From an uncultured delta proteobacterium (GTDB lineage Bacteria; Myxococcota; Myxococcia; Myxococcales; Myxococcaceae), in NCBI GenBank assembly GCA_963771175.1, contig CAVYSY010000039.1, positions 1 through 64,000 on the forward strand: a stretch of 64,000 bases of DNA. Direction: 5' to 3'. This document shows positions 10,138 to 20,900 of the stretch, piece after piece. Numbering within the stretch: the stretch's first letter is position 1; each line of letters begins with the position of its first letter. A program made the position numbers and the translations under genes. The notes under the pieces were generated by a model. That model saw only the letters and a program-made list of their open reading frames with translations, ran no database searches and was not told where the DNA came from.

Positions 10138-11135
10138 GCACCGTGGAGGCACTCCTCGCCCCCGCCGACGCCCTGCGCGCGAGGCTGTACCGCCTCGCCG
10201 CTCCGTGGGCCGCACCGCTCTTCGCCGATCGTGAACGGCGCGTGGCGTGGCTCGGCGTGGCCGGAGTGACCTTCTCGTTCCTGCTCACCCTCTCCGTGCC
10301 GCTCTGGAGCCTCGCGCTCGGCCCCGTGCTGCTCGGCGTGCCGCACCTCGTCTCGGATCTGCGCTACCTCGTCGTGCGCCCCGGGTTGCATCGCCGCACC
10401 GGTCTGGCCGTGCTCGGCGGCATGCCGCTCCTGGCCACCTGTGTCGGCGCCGGCCCGGCGGTGGGCCTGCTCGCGATGGTGCCGGCCACCCTGGGCGCGC
10501 ACGGTTCGTGGTGGCGCAAGGCAGGGGTGCTCTCGGGGTGGGCCGCTCTCACCGTGCTCGCCCTGCGCTTTCCCCTGGGCAGCCAGCTCGCCCTGCTCCA
10601 CGGACACAATGTGTTGGCGGTGGCGCTGTGGTGGTGGGCCTGGCGGTCGAGACACTCGCGCGCCTGGGGCGTGCCGCTGCTCGCCGTCGGGGGGACGCTG
10701 GCCCTGCTGCTCGGCGTGGCCGAGCCCGTGATGACGGCGCTCGGTGCCTGGACGGCCCCGGCGACGGGCACGTCCTTCGGTGAGTTCGTGGAGCAGTTGT
10801 CTCCGCTGGAGGGCCACCCGGTGCTGGCGCTTCGGCTGGTGCTGACCTTCGCCTTCCTCCAGTCGGTGCACTACGGCGTGTGGTTGCGCCTCGTCCCGGA
10901 GGAGGCTCGGACGCGCGCGGCACCGAGGCCCTGGCGGGCGACATGGCGAGCGCTGGTGGAGGACTTCGGGGCGCCAACGCTCGTGCTCTTCCTGGTGCTC
11001 GCGCTCGCCGTGGCCGTCTCGGGGCTGGTGGACCTCCGGGAGGCGCGGCTGGGCTACCTCCAGATCGCGGTGTTCCACGGATACCTCGAACTCGCCGTCG
11101 CGGCGCTCTGGCTCGTCGAGGGCCGGCGGACATGA
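10134..11135 (+). CDS. Polytopic membrane protein with conserved-looking His motifs
   Basis: Multiple hydrophobic helices with GVPHL, LLHGHN, SVHYGVWL and FHGYLE. GTGA overlap with the upstream gene. Confidence 0.75.
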   Translation: MSTVEALLAPADALRARLYRLAAPWAAPLFADRERRVAWLGVAGVTFSFLLTLSVPLWSLALGPVLLGVPHLVSDLRYLVVRPGLHRRTGLAVLGGMPLLATCVGAGPAVGLLAMVPATLGAHGSWWRKAGVLSGWAALTVLALRFPLGSQLALLHGHNVLAVALWWWAWRSRHSRAWGVPLLAVGGTLALLLGVAEPVMTALGAWTAPATGTSFGEFVEQLSPLEGHPVLALRLVLTFAFLQSVHYGVWLRLVPEEARTRAAPRPWRATWRALVEDFGAPTLVLFLVLALAVAVSGLVDLREARLGYLQIAVFHGYLELAVAALWLVEGRRT

Positions 11136-11452
11136 CGCGGTGGCTCGCCGCCTTCGTGCTGACGCAGGTCCTCGAGGTGCCCCTCTACCTGCGTGCCGGC
11201 GCGAGCTGGCGCACCGCCTTGCTGGCCAGCACCCTGACCCATCCGGTGGTGTGGTTCGGCTTCCCCCTTCTGGGCCGATGGGGTCTCGGCTACTGGGGCA
11301 TGGTGGCCGCGGCGGAGACCTTCGCGGTAGGGGTCGAGGCGCTCTGGCTCTCCGCCCACGGGGTGCGGCGCGCATTCGCGTGGAGCCTGCTGGCCAATGC
11401 GACGAGCGTCGTCGGTGGCCTGCTGATCCGCTCCCTGTTCGGCTGGCCCTGA
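11132..11452 (+). CDS. Small membrane protein
   Basis: MTRWLAAFVLTQVLEVPLY...LTHPVVW...AETFAVGVEA...ANATS. ATGA overlap with the upstream gene. Confidence 0.7.
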   Translation: MTRWLAAFVLTQVLEVPLYLRAGASWRTALLASTLTHPVVWFGFPLLGRWGLGYWGMVAAAETFAVGVEALWLSAHGVRRAFAWSLLANATSVVGGLLIRSLFGWP

Positions 11453-11534
11453 GCCCAGGGGGCGGAAGGATAGATGTCCAAGTTCGGACGTTTCCATGGG
11501 AAGATGGGGCTCCCGCCTTCCGTACGCCCCCCGA

Positions 11535-12155
11535 ATGGATACGCCAGGTAGATCCGGCCCACCCCAGCCGCCGCTCGGCTCCGATGAGGAGCTGAAACAG
11601 CGACAGTCGCTCATCGCGCCAACGCACACCATGCGCGGGCTCTTCTTCAATTCCGTGCTGGAGGTGGTGCGGAGCCTGGGAGATGAGACCGCCGTGCAGC
11701 GCTGTCTGGCGGCCAGCGGGGAGACGAAGTTCCAGGATCTCGCCAGCTACCCCACCAGCACGTTCCTCCGGATGCTCTACACGGCGGGCAACCTCCTGAG
11801 CTCCAGGTTCGGCGGCTTCGAGGGGGCCCTGCGGCCGCTGGGCTCCCGGACGATGATGAAGTTCCTCGCCTCCGCCGCGGGCAAGGCCCTGCAAGGGGTG
11901 GCCGAGGACGACCCGCAACGGCTGATCGCCAACATCCCGCTGGTCCACAGGATGGTGTTGATGGGGGGAGACTGCACGGTGAAGTCGATGGGCTCGAACC
12001 GCAGTCTCCTCGTCATCGAGCGCATCTCCACCCCCGCGGCCTTCATCGAGGGCGCGCTGCAGATGACCCTCGAGGCCGCGAGGGTGCGAGGCGTGCGGGT
12101 GACCTCCCGACAGACGGGGACCCTGGACGCCGAGTTCGAGGTGTCCTGGACGTAG
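11535..12155 (+). CDS. DUF2378 / TIGR02265 myxococcal family protein
   Basis: TMRGLFFNSVL, SYPTSTF, FLASAAGK and EFEVSW signatures. Confidence 0.8.
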   Translation: MDTPGRSGPPQPPLGSDEELKQRQSLIAPTHTMRGLFFNSVLEVVRSLGDETAVQRCLAASGETKFQDLASYPTSTFLRMLYTAGNLLSSRFGGFEGALRPLGSRTMMKFLASAAGKALQGVAEDDPQRLIANIPLVHRMVLMGGDCTVKSMGSNRSLLVIERISTPAAFIEGALQMTLEAARVRGVRVTSRQTGTLDAEFEVSWT

Positions 12156-12170
12156 GTCTCGGGGAGCGGG

Positions 12171-14481
12171 TCAGCCGCCGAGCACGGTCGCGAGCGCCCG
12201 GTACTCGGGTCGCAACATCCGCTCGGCCTCGCTGCCGGCCACGACCACCGGGAGCATCGCATCCTCCAGCCCGGCCTCGGCCGCGAGCCTCACGGCGATG
12301 GGGGCCATCACCGTCGCCTCGATGAGCCGCTTCAACGGCCGGGCACCCAGCTTCGGATCGTAGCCGTGGCGGGCGAGCCAGGCGCGCGCCTCCGGCTCCA
12401 CCACCAGCCGCAGCCTGCGCCTCAGGAGCCCCGCTCGCGAGGCCGCCTTCTCCAGCTCCAGGTCGACGATCCGCAGCACGTCCGACTCCTTCAGGCGCCG
12501 GAACGGGATGACGTGGTCGATGCGGTTGAACAGCTCCGGCCGGAACGCCTGCCGGATGGCGCGCAGGAAGTCCTCCGCGCCGCGCTCGGCCCCGAAGCCC
12601 GCCGGCTCCGACTGCTCGACGCCGAGGTTGCTCGTCATGCAGACCACCGTCATCCGGAAGTCCACCAGCCGCCCGAGGCTGTCGGTGAGTCTCCCCTCCC
12701 CCAGGATGCCGAGCAGCAGATCGAAGACGTCCGGGTGGGCCTTCTCGATCTCATCGAAGAGGACGAGGGACATCGGCTGCTGCCGCACCCGCTCGGCGAG
12801 GCTGGTGATGCCGGGGCCCACCTCCATCAACCGCTGCGCGGAGCCGGGCAGCATGTACTCGGACATGTCGAGCCGGACCATCCGGTCCTCGTTGCCGAAG
12901 AGCGTGCGCGCGAGCTGCTTGGACAGCTCGGTCTTCCCCACGCCGGTGGGCCCGGCGAAGAGCAGCGTGCCCACCGGCTTCTCCGGATCATTGAGGCCGG
13001 CCTTGAACCGCGCGAGCACGCCCGCGGCCTGCTCGCAGGCCCGGTCCTGCCCGATGACGCCCTGCTTCAGGTGCGCCGCGAGCGTGGCCTGCTCGGCGGG
13101 GATCTCATCGCTGATGAGCTGGAGCGGCAGCCCGGTGTAGCGCGCGTAGGCCTCGGAGACGTCGCGTGGGTAGAGCGTTCGGGTCCTGCCGCGCTCGCCC
13201 TGCTGGTCGAGCCAGTCGAGGAACCGGTACGCCTTCCCCGGGAACAGGCTGTCGCGCTGGAACATCTCCAGGTGCCCGACGAGCTGCCGCAGGCCCAGGG
13301 GGTGGATGCTCACCCGGCTGCGCTTCGCCGACTGGTAGCGCTGCATCAACTCCGGCACCAGCGAGGCCGGGGGCGCCTCGATGCGGATGATGCGGAAGGG
13401 GCGCAGGGCCTCCGGGAAGCGCCGCTGGCAGCGCTCCAGCTCGGCCTCGGTGCACTCGGCGATGAGGGAGAGCTCCTCGCTCATCGCGGCCGGGAGGAGC
13501 AGATCTCCAATCGACGAGCCGTCCGGCTGCGGCGCCAGGAGCGAGGTGAGGCGGTCGACGTAGAGGTAGTCGTTCTCGAACGAGAGCGCGTCGATGATCT
13601 TCAGGCAGCGCTCCTGCCACATGCCCAGGTACACCATCCCGGCCACGATGCGCTCGGCACTGGTGCGCCAGATCTTCGGGAAGTGAGCCTTCTTGTCGTC
13701 CTTCGCCTCGCGCCGCCGTTCCGCGATCAGCCGCGCGAGCTGTAGCACCCAGCTCGTCTTGCCGACGCCCGGTCCCCCCACGAGGAGGAGCGACACCGGC
13801 GGCCGGTGCAGCACGTAGGAGAGGAAGGCCCCCAGGGTATGCCCGTCGTAGACCAGGGCCGGCTGCCGTGCGCCCAGCGCGCGCGAGGTCAGCTCCTCGC
13901 CGATCTGATCGAGCACCGGGGGCGGAGGCTCCTCGTGGTCGCCGCGCCGGGCGTCCCGCACCAGCTCGCCGGGGTCCCAGCTCCGGACGAACTCCTCGCC
14001 CTCGTGGCGGAAGTCGTAGAGCCCCTTGGGCTTCTCGCCGAGCAGCGCGGTGGTGAGCGCGTTCTGCAGCACCTCGCGCGCGATGGAGAGCTCCTCGATC
14101 ACGAACGACCAGCCGAAGCGAGGCACCCGCCACGCGCCAGGTGCCGCTCTCCATCTTCCCGTAGACGTACGTCAGCTTCAGCGGGACGAGCGCCTTGGCG
14201 ATCACCGGCCGCTTCTTGTGCACGGTCTGCGGATGCACCTCCACGGTGATCGTCCGCGCCTGCAGGGACTCCTCCCACAGGAAGCGCTCCAGCGAGGCGG
14301 CCTCGTCGAGCTGCATCTGCCGCACCTGCATCTCCAGCAGGGCGTAGACCTCGGCCTCGCTGGCGCCGTAGGCGGACGGTGGCGGGTCATCGAAGAAGCT
14401 GTCCCACACCGGGAGCAACTGCCCGGTCAGCCGGCCGTCGTGGTGGGTGGTGAAGTAGACGCGAAGGCTCTTGTCATTCAT
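12171..14481 (-). CDS. ClpA/B-like double-AAA+ protein #3, frameshift near 14135
   Basis: Start MNDKSLRVYF at 14481 (ATGA overlap). D1 GGPGVGKT and IVAGMVYLGMWQER. D2 GPTGVGKT, DMSEY, DEIEKAH, TSNLG, RPELFNRID and GARPLKR. Confidence 0.85.
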
Positions 14482-17400
14482 GGGTTCTGGCTCATCCGCA
14501 ACCGCCACAGGCTCGGCAGGGCCTCCCCGGGAGACCGGACCCGGTGGCTGCCGCTGTAGGTGAGCAGGTAGTCGTCGAGCTCCAGCACCGACACCTCGCC
14601 CGGACGGGAGGGCGGCTCGAAGCGATAGGCGCGGACCACCGGAGCGGCCGCCTCGGGATCCTCCGGCAACGGGCTCACGCCCGACTGGCGCGCCTCGTGG
14701 AAGGCCCGGAGCTTCGCGGCGTGCAGCTCGAGCAGCCTCGCCGGCTCGGGCGCGCTCGTCTCGTGGACGCGGACCTTCACCACCTCCGGGAGCCGACCCG
14801 AGGACTGCCAGACGTGCAGCCCACCCTCCCCCTCGAAGAAGGGACGCACGCCCGGACCCACCAACTTGATCGCGACGTGGACCGGCTCCAGTGGCGAGCC
14901 GTGGAAGTCCTGGAGCTGCCGGGGACCACCGGACACCACGGCGCCTCCGGGGAGATGGGCGGCGAAGCTCTCCACCTCGCCTCGTGCGCCGGCATAGGCC
15001 TCGCAGAGCCACGCCGTGAGCAGGGAGCCTGCGGCCGCGCCGTGCCGCCACTGCCCGAGCGGGAGCAGCTCCAGCGTCACCACGTGCTGATCCGGGCTGG
15101 AGAGCTCGCGCAGGACACGCTGCAGGAAGTAGACCTCCGCCAGCGCGTCGAGCATCTGCTCGCGGGAGACCGCCTTCACCGGCTCGAGGGCCCGCCGGGC
15201 GAAGAGCCGGATGCGCTGGCCCTCCCCATCTCCGCTGGCCGAGGAGCGGCGCTCCACCACCCCGAAGCGGTCGACCTCGATCATCTCCCGCGCCGCCTCC
15301 TCGGGAGCCCGCGCGAGGGACTCCAGCCGCGCCGCGAAGTCCTCCAGGTACAGCCGCATCGCGTCGAGCGTGTAGAGCGATCCGGCGTGCTCGCGCTCAC
15401 CCGCCTGGAGCCGCTCGAGGTGGAAGCGGACCTGCTCGGACAGCGTGCCGAGCGCGTGGCTGTGCCGCATCCGCTGCACCTCCTCGCGCGCCTCCAGTGC
15501 CTTCTCTCTCAGCCGGGCCACGGGCAGCGCCAGGAGCGGCTCGAGCGCGAAGCCCTCGGTGGCCGGCTCGCGGGACACGAGCGCGTCGGCCTGCACCTCG
15601 AAGCGGCCCTCGCGGGTGTAGAGCTGGAACAGCCGCAGCAACGACTGGGGCCCGCGGATGATGGCCTCGGAGAGGGCCTGACCGACCTTCTCCTCCAGGT
15701 AGCGCTTCAGCGGACGCGCGCCCAGTTGGGCGTCGAAGGCCTCCTCGACGATGCGGCGCTTCACCGCCTCGTCGGCGGACACGAAGATGTTGCGCGACGT
15801 CAACCCGTGCCGCGACAGCAGCCGCGCGAGCTCCTTCTCCACCACCTTCTCCCCCGACTCCCGGGAGAGCGGCGAGAAGTGCACGATGTGGTCGATGCGG
15901 TTGAAGAGCTCGGGCGGGAAGAACTCGCGCACCGCCCGGTCCGCGTCGAGCGCCAGGGCCCGGGCGTCCGGAGGGCCGAGGCTCACCGTTGGCTTCTGGC
16001 GGGCCCCGAGGTTGCTCGTCATCACGATGACGGTGTGCGTGAAGTCCGCCGTCTCGCCCGAGGCGTCGGTCAGCCGGCCCTCGTCGAACGTCTGGAGCAG
16101 CAGGTTGAGCAGCGCCGGGTGGGCCTTCTCGATCTCATCGAGCAGCACGAGCGAGAAGGGCTGCTCGCGGATGAGGCGCGTCAGGCGGCCCTCGGGTTGC
16201 CAGGCATCACCGGTGAGCCGCGCGACGGCGTCCGGCGTCTGGAACTCGGCCATGTCGAGCCGCACCATGCGGGACGCATCGCCGTACAGGTAGCCGGCCA
16301 GTGCGCGGGCGAGCTCCGTCTTGCCCGTGCCCGTGGGGCCGGTGAAGAGGTAGACGCCGTAGGGCCGGCGCGGATCCGTCAGCCCGGAGTGGATGCGCGC
16401 GATGAGATCGCACGCCACCTCCACCGCCGCCGGCTGGCCCATCACCTTGCGCGAGAGGGCCGCGTGCACGTCGGCCGGCTCCAGCTTCTTGTGGGGGTGG
16501 AGCAGGAAGTCCGGCAGGCCCGTCCTGCGCGAGAGGTGCTCGAAGAGCATCCCGACGTCGATATCCAGCCCCTTGCCCCCGTAATCGGCGGCCAGCTCAC
16601 GCAGCAGATCCAGCGCCTTGCCCGGCAGCGCGGCGCCCGAGAAGAGCGAGCTGGCCTGTTCGAGCAGGGCCGGGAAGAGCGGCGGAGACCAGCTGACCCG
16701 GTGTCGGCCCTCCAGCTCCCGCGCCTCGTGCAGCAACATCCGCAGCGTCTCGTCGGCGCTGGTGGGCCTCACGTGGAGCTGGGTGAAGAGGGCGGCGAAG
16801 GACGGTGCATCGGACTCGAGCCGCTGGAGCTGCTCCGGCGTCACCGTGCCGACGAGGGAGATCTCCCCGCGCGCGAGCGCCCCCTGGAAGAAGAGCGCGA
16901 GGTTGGCGTCACTGTCGCGCGAGCGGCCGATGCGGCCGAAGGCATGCAGGTCCTCGACGAGGAGGATGCGCCGCCCTCCCCTCGAGTCCTCGAGCAGCTT
17001 CAGGCAGCGCTGCTCCCAGTCGCCCACGTAGCTCATGCCGGCGATGATCCGCTTGCCGGCGATCGACCAGACCTCGGTCACCTTGTCCAGGTTGCGGTGG
17101 GTCTGGAAGCCCTCGGCCTCGAGCTGCTCGGCCACGAAGCGCTTGAGCAGGGTCCGCTTGCCGGAGCCGGGAGCACCGACGAGCAGCACCGGTGTGCGCC
17201 GCTCCCCACCGAGCAGGAGCTGGAGCTGCTCGCGATAGGGACTGCGTGGCATGCCAGTGTCGAGCGTGCCCTCCGCCGCCTGGAGGGTGAGGTTCGTCCC
17301 GAGGTTCTGCAGCACCTGGGTGCCCGCGCGCGGCTTCTGCTGCTTCTTGCCGTGCTTGTCCTTGAGCTCCAGGTCGTCCCAGGGGCCCTTCTTCTTCCCA

Positions 17401-17930
17401 AGCTCATCGAGCAGCGAGCGGGGCTGGGCCACGAACGCGAGCGCCTTGAGGCTGTCCTTGCCGTTGGAGCGCAGCTCCTCGAGCTGGTGCAGCTCCAGCG
17501 CGGCCCAGGCGCGGGTGAAGAAGAGCTTCGCCTGCTCCTCCAGGCTGGCCGAGGGATCGATCGGGAACCACTCGTCCTGGCGCAGGGGGTGGTAGGCGAT
17601 GGTCATCTCCTCGCCACGCGTGCGCCAGCGCGGCTCGAGGATCAGCGGGAAGACGCCGGACAGGCGCCGCGTCTCGGCCCCGGCACGCACGCGCTTGAAG
17701 TCGAGCTCCAGCCGCACCCGCTGCAGGTAGAGGCCGCGCGGGAGCTGGAAGTACGCCAGCTCCCGGACCGGCAGCTCGCCGATGATGCTCCGCAGGTCGT
17801 CCACGAGCTTGCGCTGCAGCTTGACCGTGCTCCGGCCCTCTCGGCTGCGGGTATGGGGGCCGAGCCCGATCGTGGTCCAGCGGAAGCCGGAGGAGTCCCG
17901 GCTCTGGTAGACGGCGAGGGTGAGGTTCAT
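14478..17930 (-). CDS. ClpA/B-like double-AAA+ protein #2 with C-terminal release-factor-like domain
   Basis: 1150 aa. D1 GAPGSGKR, D2 GPTGTGKT/DEIEKAH/GARPLKR. C-terminus has IKLVGPGVRPFFEGEGGLH and VVRAYRF. Confidence 0.85.
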   Translation of the reverse strand: MNLTLAVYQSRDSSGFRWTTIGLGPHTRSREGRSTVKLQRKLVDDLRSIIGELPVRELAYFQLPRGLYLQRVRLELDFKRVRAGAETRRLSGVFPLILEPRWRTRGEEMTIAYHPLRQDEWFPIDPSASLEEQAKLFFTRAWAALELHQLEELRSNGKDSLKALAFVAQPRSLLDELGKKKGPWDDLELKDKHGKKQQKPRAGTQVLQNLGTNLTLQAAEGTLDTGMPRSPYREQLQLLLGGERRTPVLLVGAPGSGKRTLLKRFVAEQLEAEGFQTHRNLDKVTEVWSIAGKRIIAGMSYVGDWEQRCLKLLEDSRGGRRILLVEDLHAFGRIGRSRDSDANLALFFQGALARGEISLVGTVTPEQLQRLESDAPSFAALFTQLHVRPTSADETLRMLLHEARELEGRHRVSWSPPLFPALLEQASSLFSGAALPGKALDLLRELAADYGGKGLDIDVGMLFEHLSRRTGLPDFLLHPHKKLEPADVHAALSRKVMGQPAAVEVACDLIARIHSGLTDPRRPYGVYLFTGPTGTGKTELARALAGYLYGDASRMVRLDMAEFQTPDAVARLTGDAWQPEGRLTRLIREQPFSLVLLDEIEKAHPALLNLLLQTFDEGRLTDASGETADFTHTVIVMTSNLGARQKPTVSLGPPDARALALDADRAVREFFPPELFNRIDHIVHFSPLSRESGEKVVEKELARLLSRHGLTSRNIFVSADEAVKRRIVEEAFDAQLGARPLKRYLEEKVGQALSEAIIRGPQSLLRLFQLYTREGRFEVQADALVSREPATEGFALEPLLALPVARLREKALEAREEVQRMRHSHALGTLSEQVRFHLERLQAGEREHAGSLYTLDAMRLYLEDFAARLESLARAPEEAAREMIEVDRFGVVERRSSASGDGEGQRIRLFARRALEPVKAVSREQMLDALAEVYFLQRVLRELSSPDQHVVTLELLPLGQWRHGAAAGSLLTAWLCEAYAGARGEVESFAAHLPGGAVVSGGPRQLQDFHGSPLEPVHVAIKLVGPGVRPFFEGEGGLHVWQSSGRLPEVVKVRVHETSAPEPARLLELHAAKLRAFHEARQSGVSPLPEDPEAAAPVVRAYRFEPPSRPGEVSVLELDDYLLTYSGSHRVRSPGEALPSLWRLRMSQNP

Positions 17931-20900
17931 CGCTTCACCCCCTGGAGCTTGTCGAGCGCGAAGGAGAAGGTGCCCTCACGATCGAGCCCATCGAGGAGCT
18001 CGAGCACGGAGAGGTGTTCGAGCAGGACCCGCTCGAGGTTCCGGAAGTAGTCCGGAGTGGCGAGCGTCAGCTTGCGATCGCCCTCGAACAGGGAGAGCAC
18101 ATCATCGGGGAGGTGCTCGCGCACGGGTGGCACCAGCCGGAGCTCATGGGGGACCTGCGGCGCCGGGGGCGCGATGGCTGGCAACTCGAGCTCCTTCTCG
18201 TACAGGTGGGTCCGCATCGCCACGGGCAGGACCGTGAGCAGGACTGGCTCGTCCTTCTCCAGCGGGGGGTAGCGGTGCAGTCCGGCCTCGAGCGCGAGGA
18301 AGGCCCCGGCGTTCAACCCCGCGACCGACAGCAGCACCTCGCGAAAGGCACGGGAGGGCTCGACGAGCGCCTTCCTCAGCTCCTCGGCGTTGAGGACCGC
18401 GCCCCACTTGCGCTTGCGGTCGCTGCTCTTGCTGGTCACCGACGGGCGTCCCCCGATCGACCACCCGCGCCGGGGCGCGTCCGCGAGCAACGGCAGCAGG
18501 TAGCGTTCGAGGGCGCGCCCGTCCTTGGACTCCTGGAGGATCAGCGTGATGGCGTCCCGGCGGGGCAGCAGCGCGAGCAGCATCGAGGGCATCAGCTGAC
18601 GGAGGCCCCGGAGCTGCTCTCGGGCGTCCTCCACGAAGGGGCCGGCGTCCTGCTGCTCGAAGAGGGCCATGAGTGCCAGCTCCTCGGCGGCCACCAATGC
18701 CGCGCGCAACCGCTGCGCCTGCGTCCAGATCCCATTGAGTCGGTGGTGCGACTCCTGGAGCTTCGCCACCGAGGAGGCCTCGGGGCCCCGCTTCTCCTCC
18801 CGGTCCCCCTGGGAGAGCTGGGCCACCAGGAAGCCGAGCTCCTCCTTGAGCTGCTCCACCGCGTCGAGCTGGAAGAGCGAGTCCATGGCCCGCCGCTCCG
18901 CCTGCAGCTCGCGCACGAGGCCAAGCTGGTTCCGCGCCGACCTCGGGCTCCCCTTGTGCAGCTCCACCGCGATCCCCTCCGGGCGCGGAGCGATGACCAC
19001 GCGACCGCCCTGGGCATCCGGTCCCGACGAGGAGAGCGCGCGGGCGATGGGGACGACGAGCTGCTGGTCCAGGTGCCTGCGCATGGCTCGGGCGCCATAG
19101 GCCTCCTGGTAGCCCGACGTGGCGAGCGTGGTGGTGATCTCCGGCGGCACGTGGAGCGAGATGCCTCGCTGGAGCAACCCGCGCCGCAGCCGCAGTTTGT
19201 CCACACCGAGCCTCGCCACCTCCGCCGCCTGCTCGGACGTGAGCGGGTGGAAGGGAATGAGCTGATCGATGCGGTTGATGAACTCGGGCCGGAAGCTCCG
19301 GTGCACCTCACGCAGGTAGTACGAGCTGTCGTCCACCGCGGTCGCGCCGATGCCCAGCGTATTGCGCCGGTGGGCCGCCCCGAGGTTGCTGGTCATGATG
19401 ATGATCGCGTTGTGGAACCAGGCCGTCTGCCCGCGAGCATCCGTGAGCCGCCCTTCCCCGCAGACCTGCAGGAGCAGATCGAAGACGGCCGGGTGGGCCT
19501 TCTCGATCTCATCGAGCAGCAGCACGCAGAAGGGCTGCTGGCGGACCCGCCGCGTGAGGTGGCCCTCGCCCTGGGTGTTGCCCCGGATGAGCCGGTCGGC
19601 GGCCCAGGCGTCCATGTACTCGCTCATGTCGAAGCGGAACATCCGCTCCGCCGAGCCGAACAGGAACGTGGCGAGCAGCCGCGCGAGCTCCGTCTTCCCG
19701 ACGCCGGTGGGGCCCACGAAGAGGAAGGTGGCCAGTGGCTTGCCCTGCGGCTGCAGGCCCGCCTTGACCATGCACAGCGTCTCCACGACGCGGCGCACCG
19801 CCGTCTCCTGGCCGATGAGCTGGCGGCGGAACCACGCCTCGAGCTCGGGCGCCAGCAGCGCGCGATCCTCGCGAAGGAGGAACTCGGGGACGCCGGTCTT
19901 GAGGCTGAAGAGCGAGTACACCCGCTCCCGGGTGAGCTCGGGCACCTGACCGCTGGCGGTGCGCTCCTGCTGCAGGCCCGCGCGCATCTCCTCATAGAGA
20001 CGCACCGCCTTGCCGGGTAGCGCGCGGCCCGGGAGGTAGCGCTCGGCCAGCTCCACGAGCGGCTCCACCGCGGCATCGGCCAGCGTGGGCCGGGAGGCGT
20101 CCGCCTTTCGCTGCCAGGCCGCCCGTGCCCGCAGGGCCTCGCGGGTGTGCTTCGCCCCCAGCGGCTCCAGGCGCACGCACGAGAGGGTGGCGAAGAGGCC
20201 CGGCTGCCGGCTCTCCAGTAGATCCAGCGAGTCGGGGGTGAGCTCGCCGAGGAACCGCACCTTGCCCTCCTCCAGGAAGGGCTTCATCGCGCCGGGGATG
20301 TCGATGGACTCGGAGGAGTGCTGCGCGAGCAGCTCGCCGAGGTTCTCGAAATAGAGGACGGCATCGAGGTCCTGCGCCGCGCGCATCACGCGCAGCACGC
20401 GCTCCTGCCACTGGCCGAAGCCGGACATGCCCGCGAGCAGCCGCGAGCCGCTCGTCGCGTACACCCGCCGCTGGCGGCCGGCCTTCCGCTCAGCGCGCAG
20501 CCACGCGTGGAGCAGCTCCGTCTTGCCCGCCAGCTCCGGGCTGACGAGCAGGACTCCCTGTCGCTTCTCGCCGCCGAGCAGGCTCGACAGGAGCGCGAGC
20601 TCGGTGTCCCGGCCGACCAGCGGAGGCCCATGCCGGGCCTCCTCGCGCTCGTGGAGCTGCGTGGAGACGGTGAGGAGCACCTCGTGCGCCTGGTCTCGCT
20701 TGAGCTTCTCCTGCTGCTTCTTCTTCGCCTGCCGGGCCTTCTCGCTGAACACGTCCTGGCGCCTGAGCTGGAGCGGGACGGTCTCCAGCGTCACCGATCT
20801 TGGCGGCAGCAGCCGCAGGTACTCGTGGGCGGTGGGCTCGCGCGCGGCGAGCATCCGCTCCACGTCCGCGCGGACGATCTCCCGGACATCCTGGTTCCTG

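Noticed and set aside
14100..14170. Programmed frameshift in AAA+ #3 (by analogy to prfB)
   Set aside because: No CTT-TGA or slippery heptamer with an internal SD was seen, and similar indels are scattered through the window.
14544..20020. Long plus-strand ORFs antisense to the AAA+ genes (1168 aa, 668 aa)
   Set aside because: Shadow ORFs from high-GC codon bias. They have no motifs and fully overlap well-supported genes.
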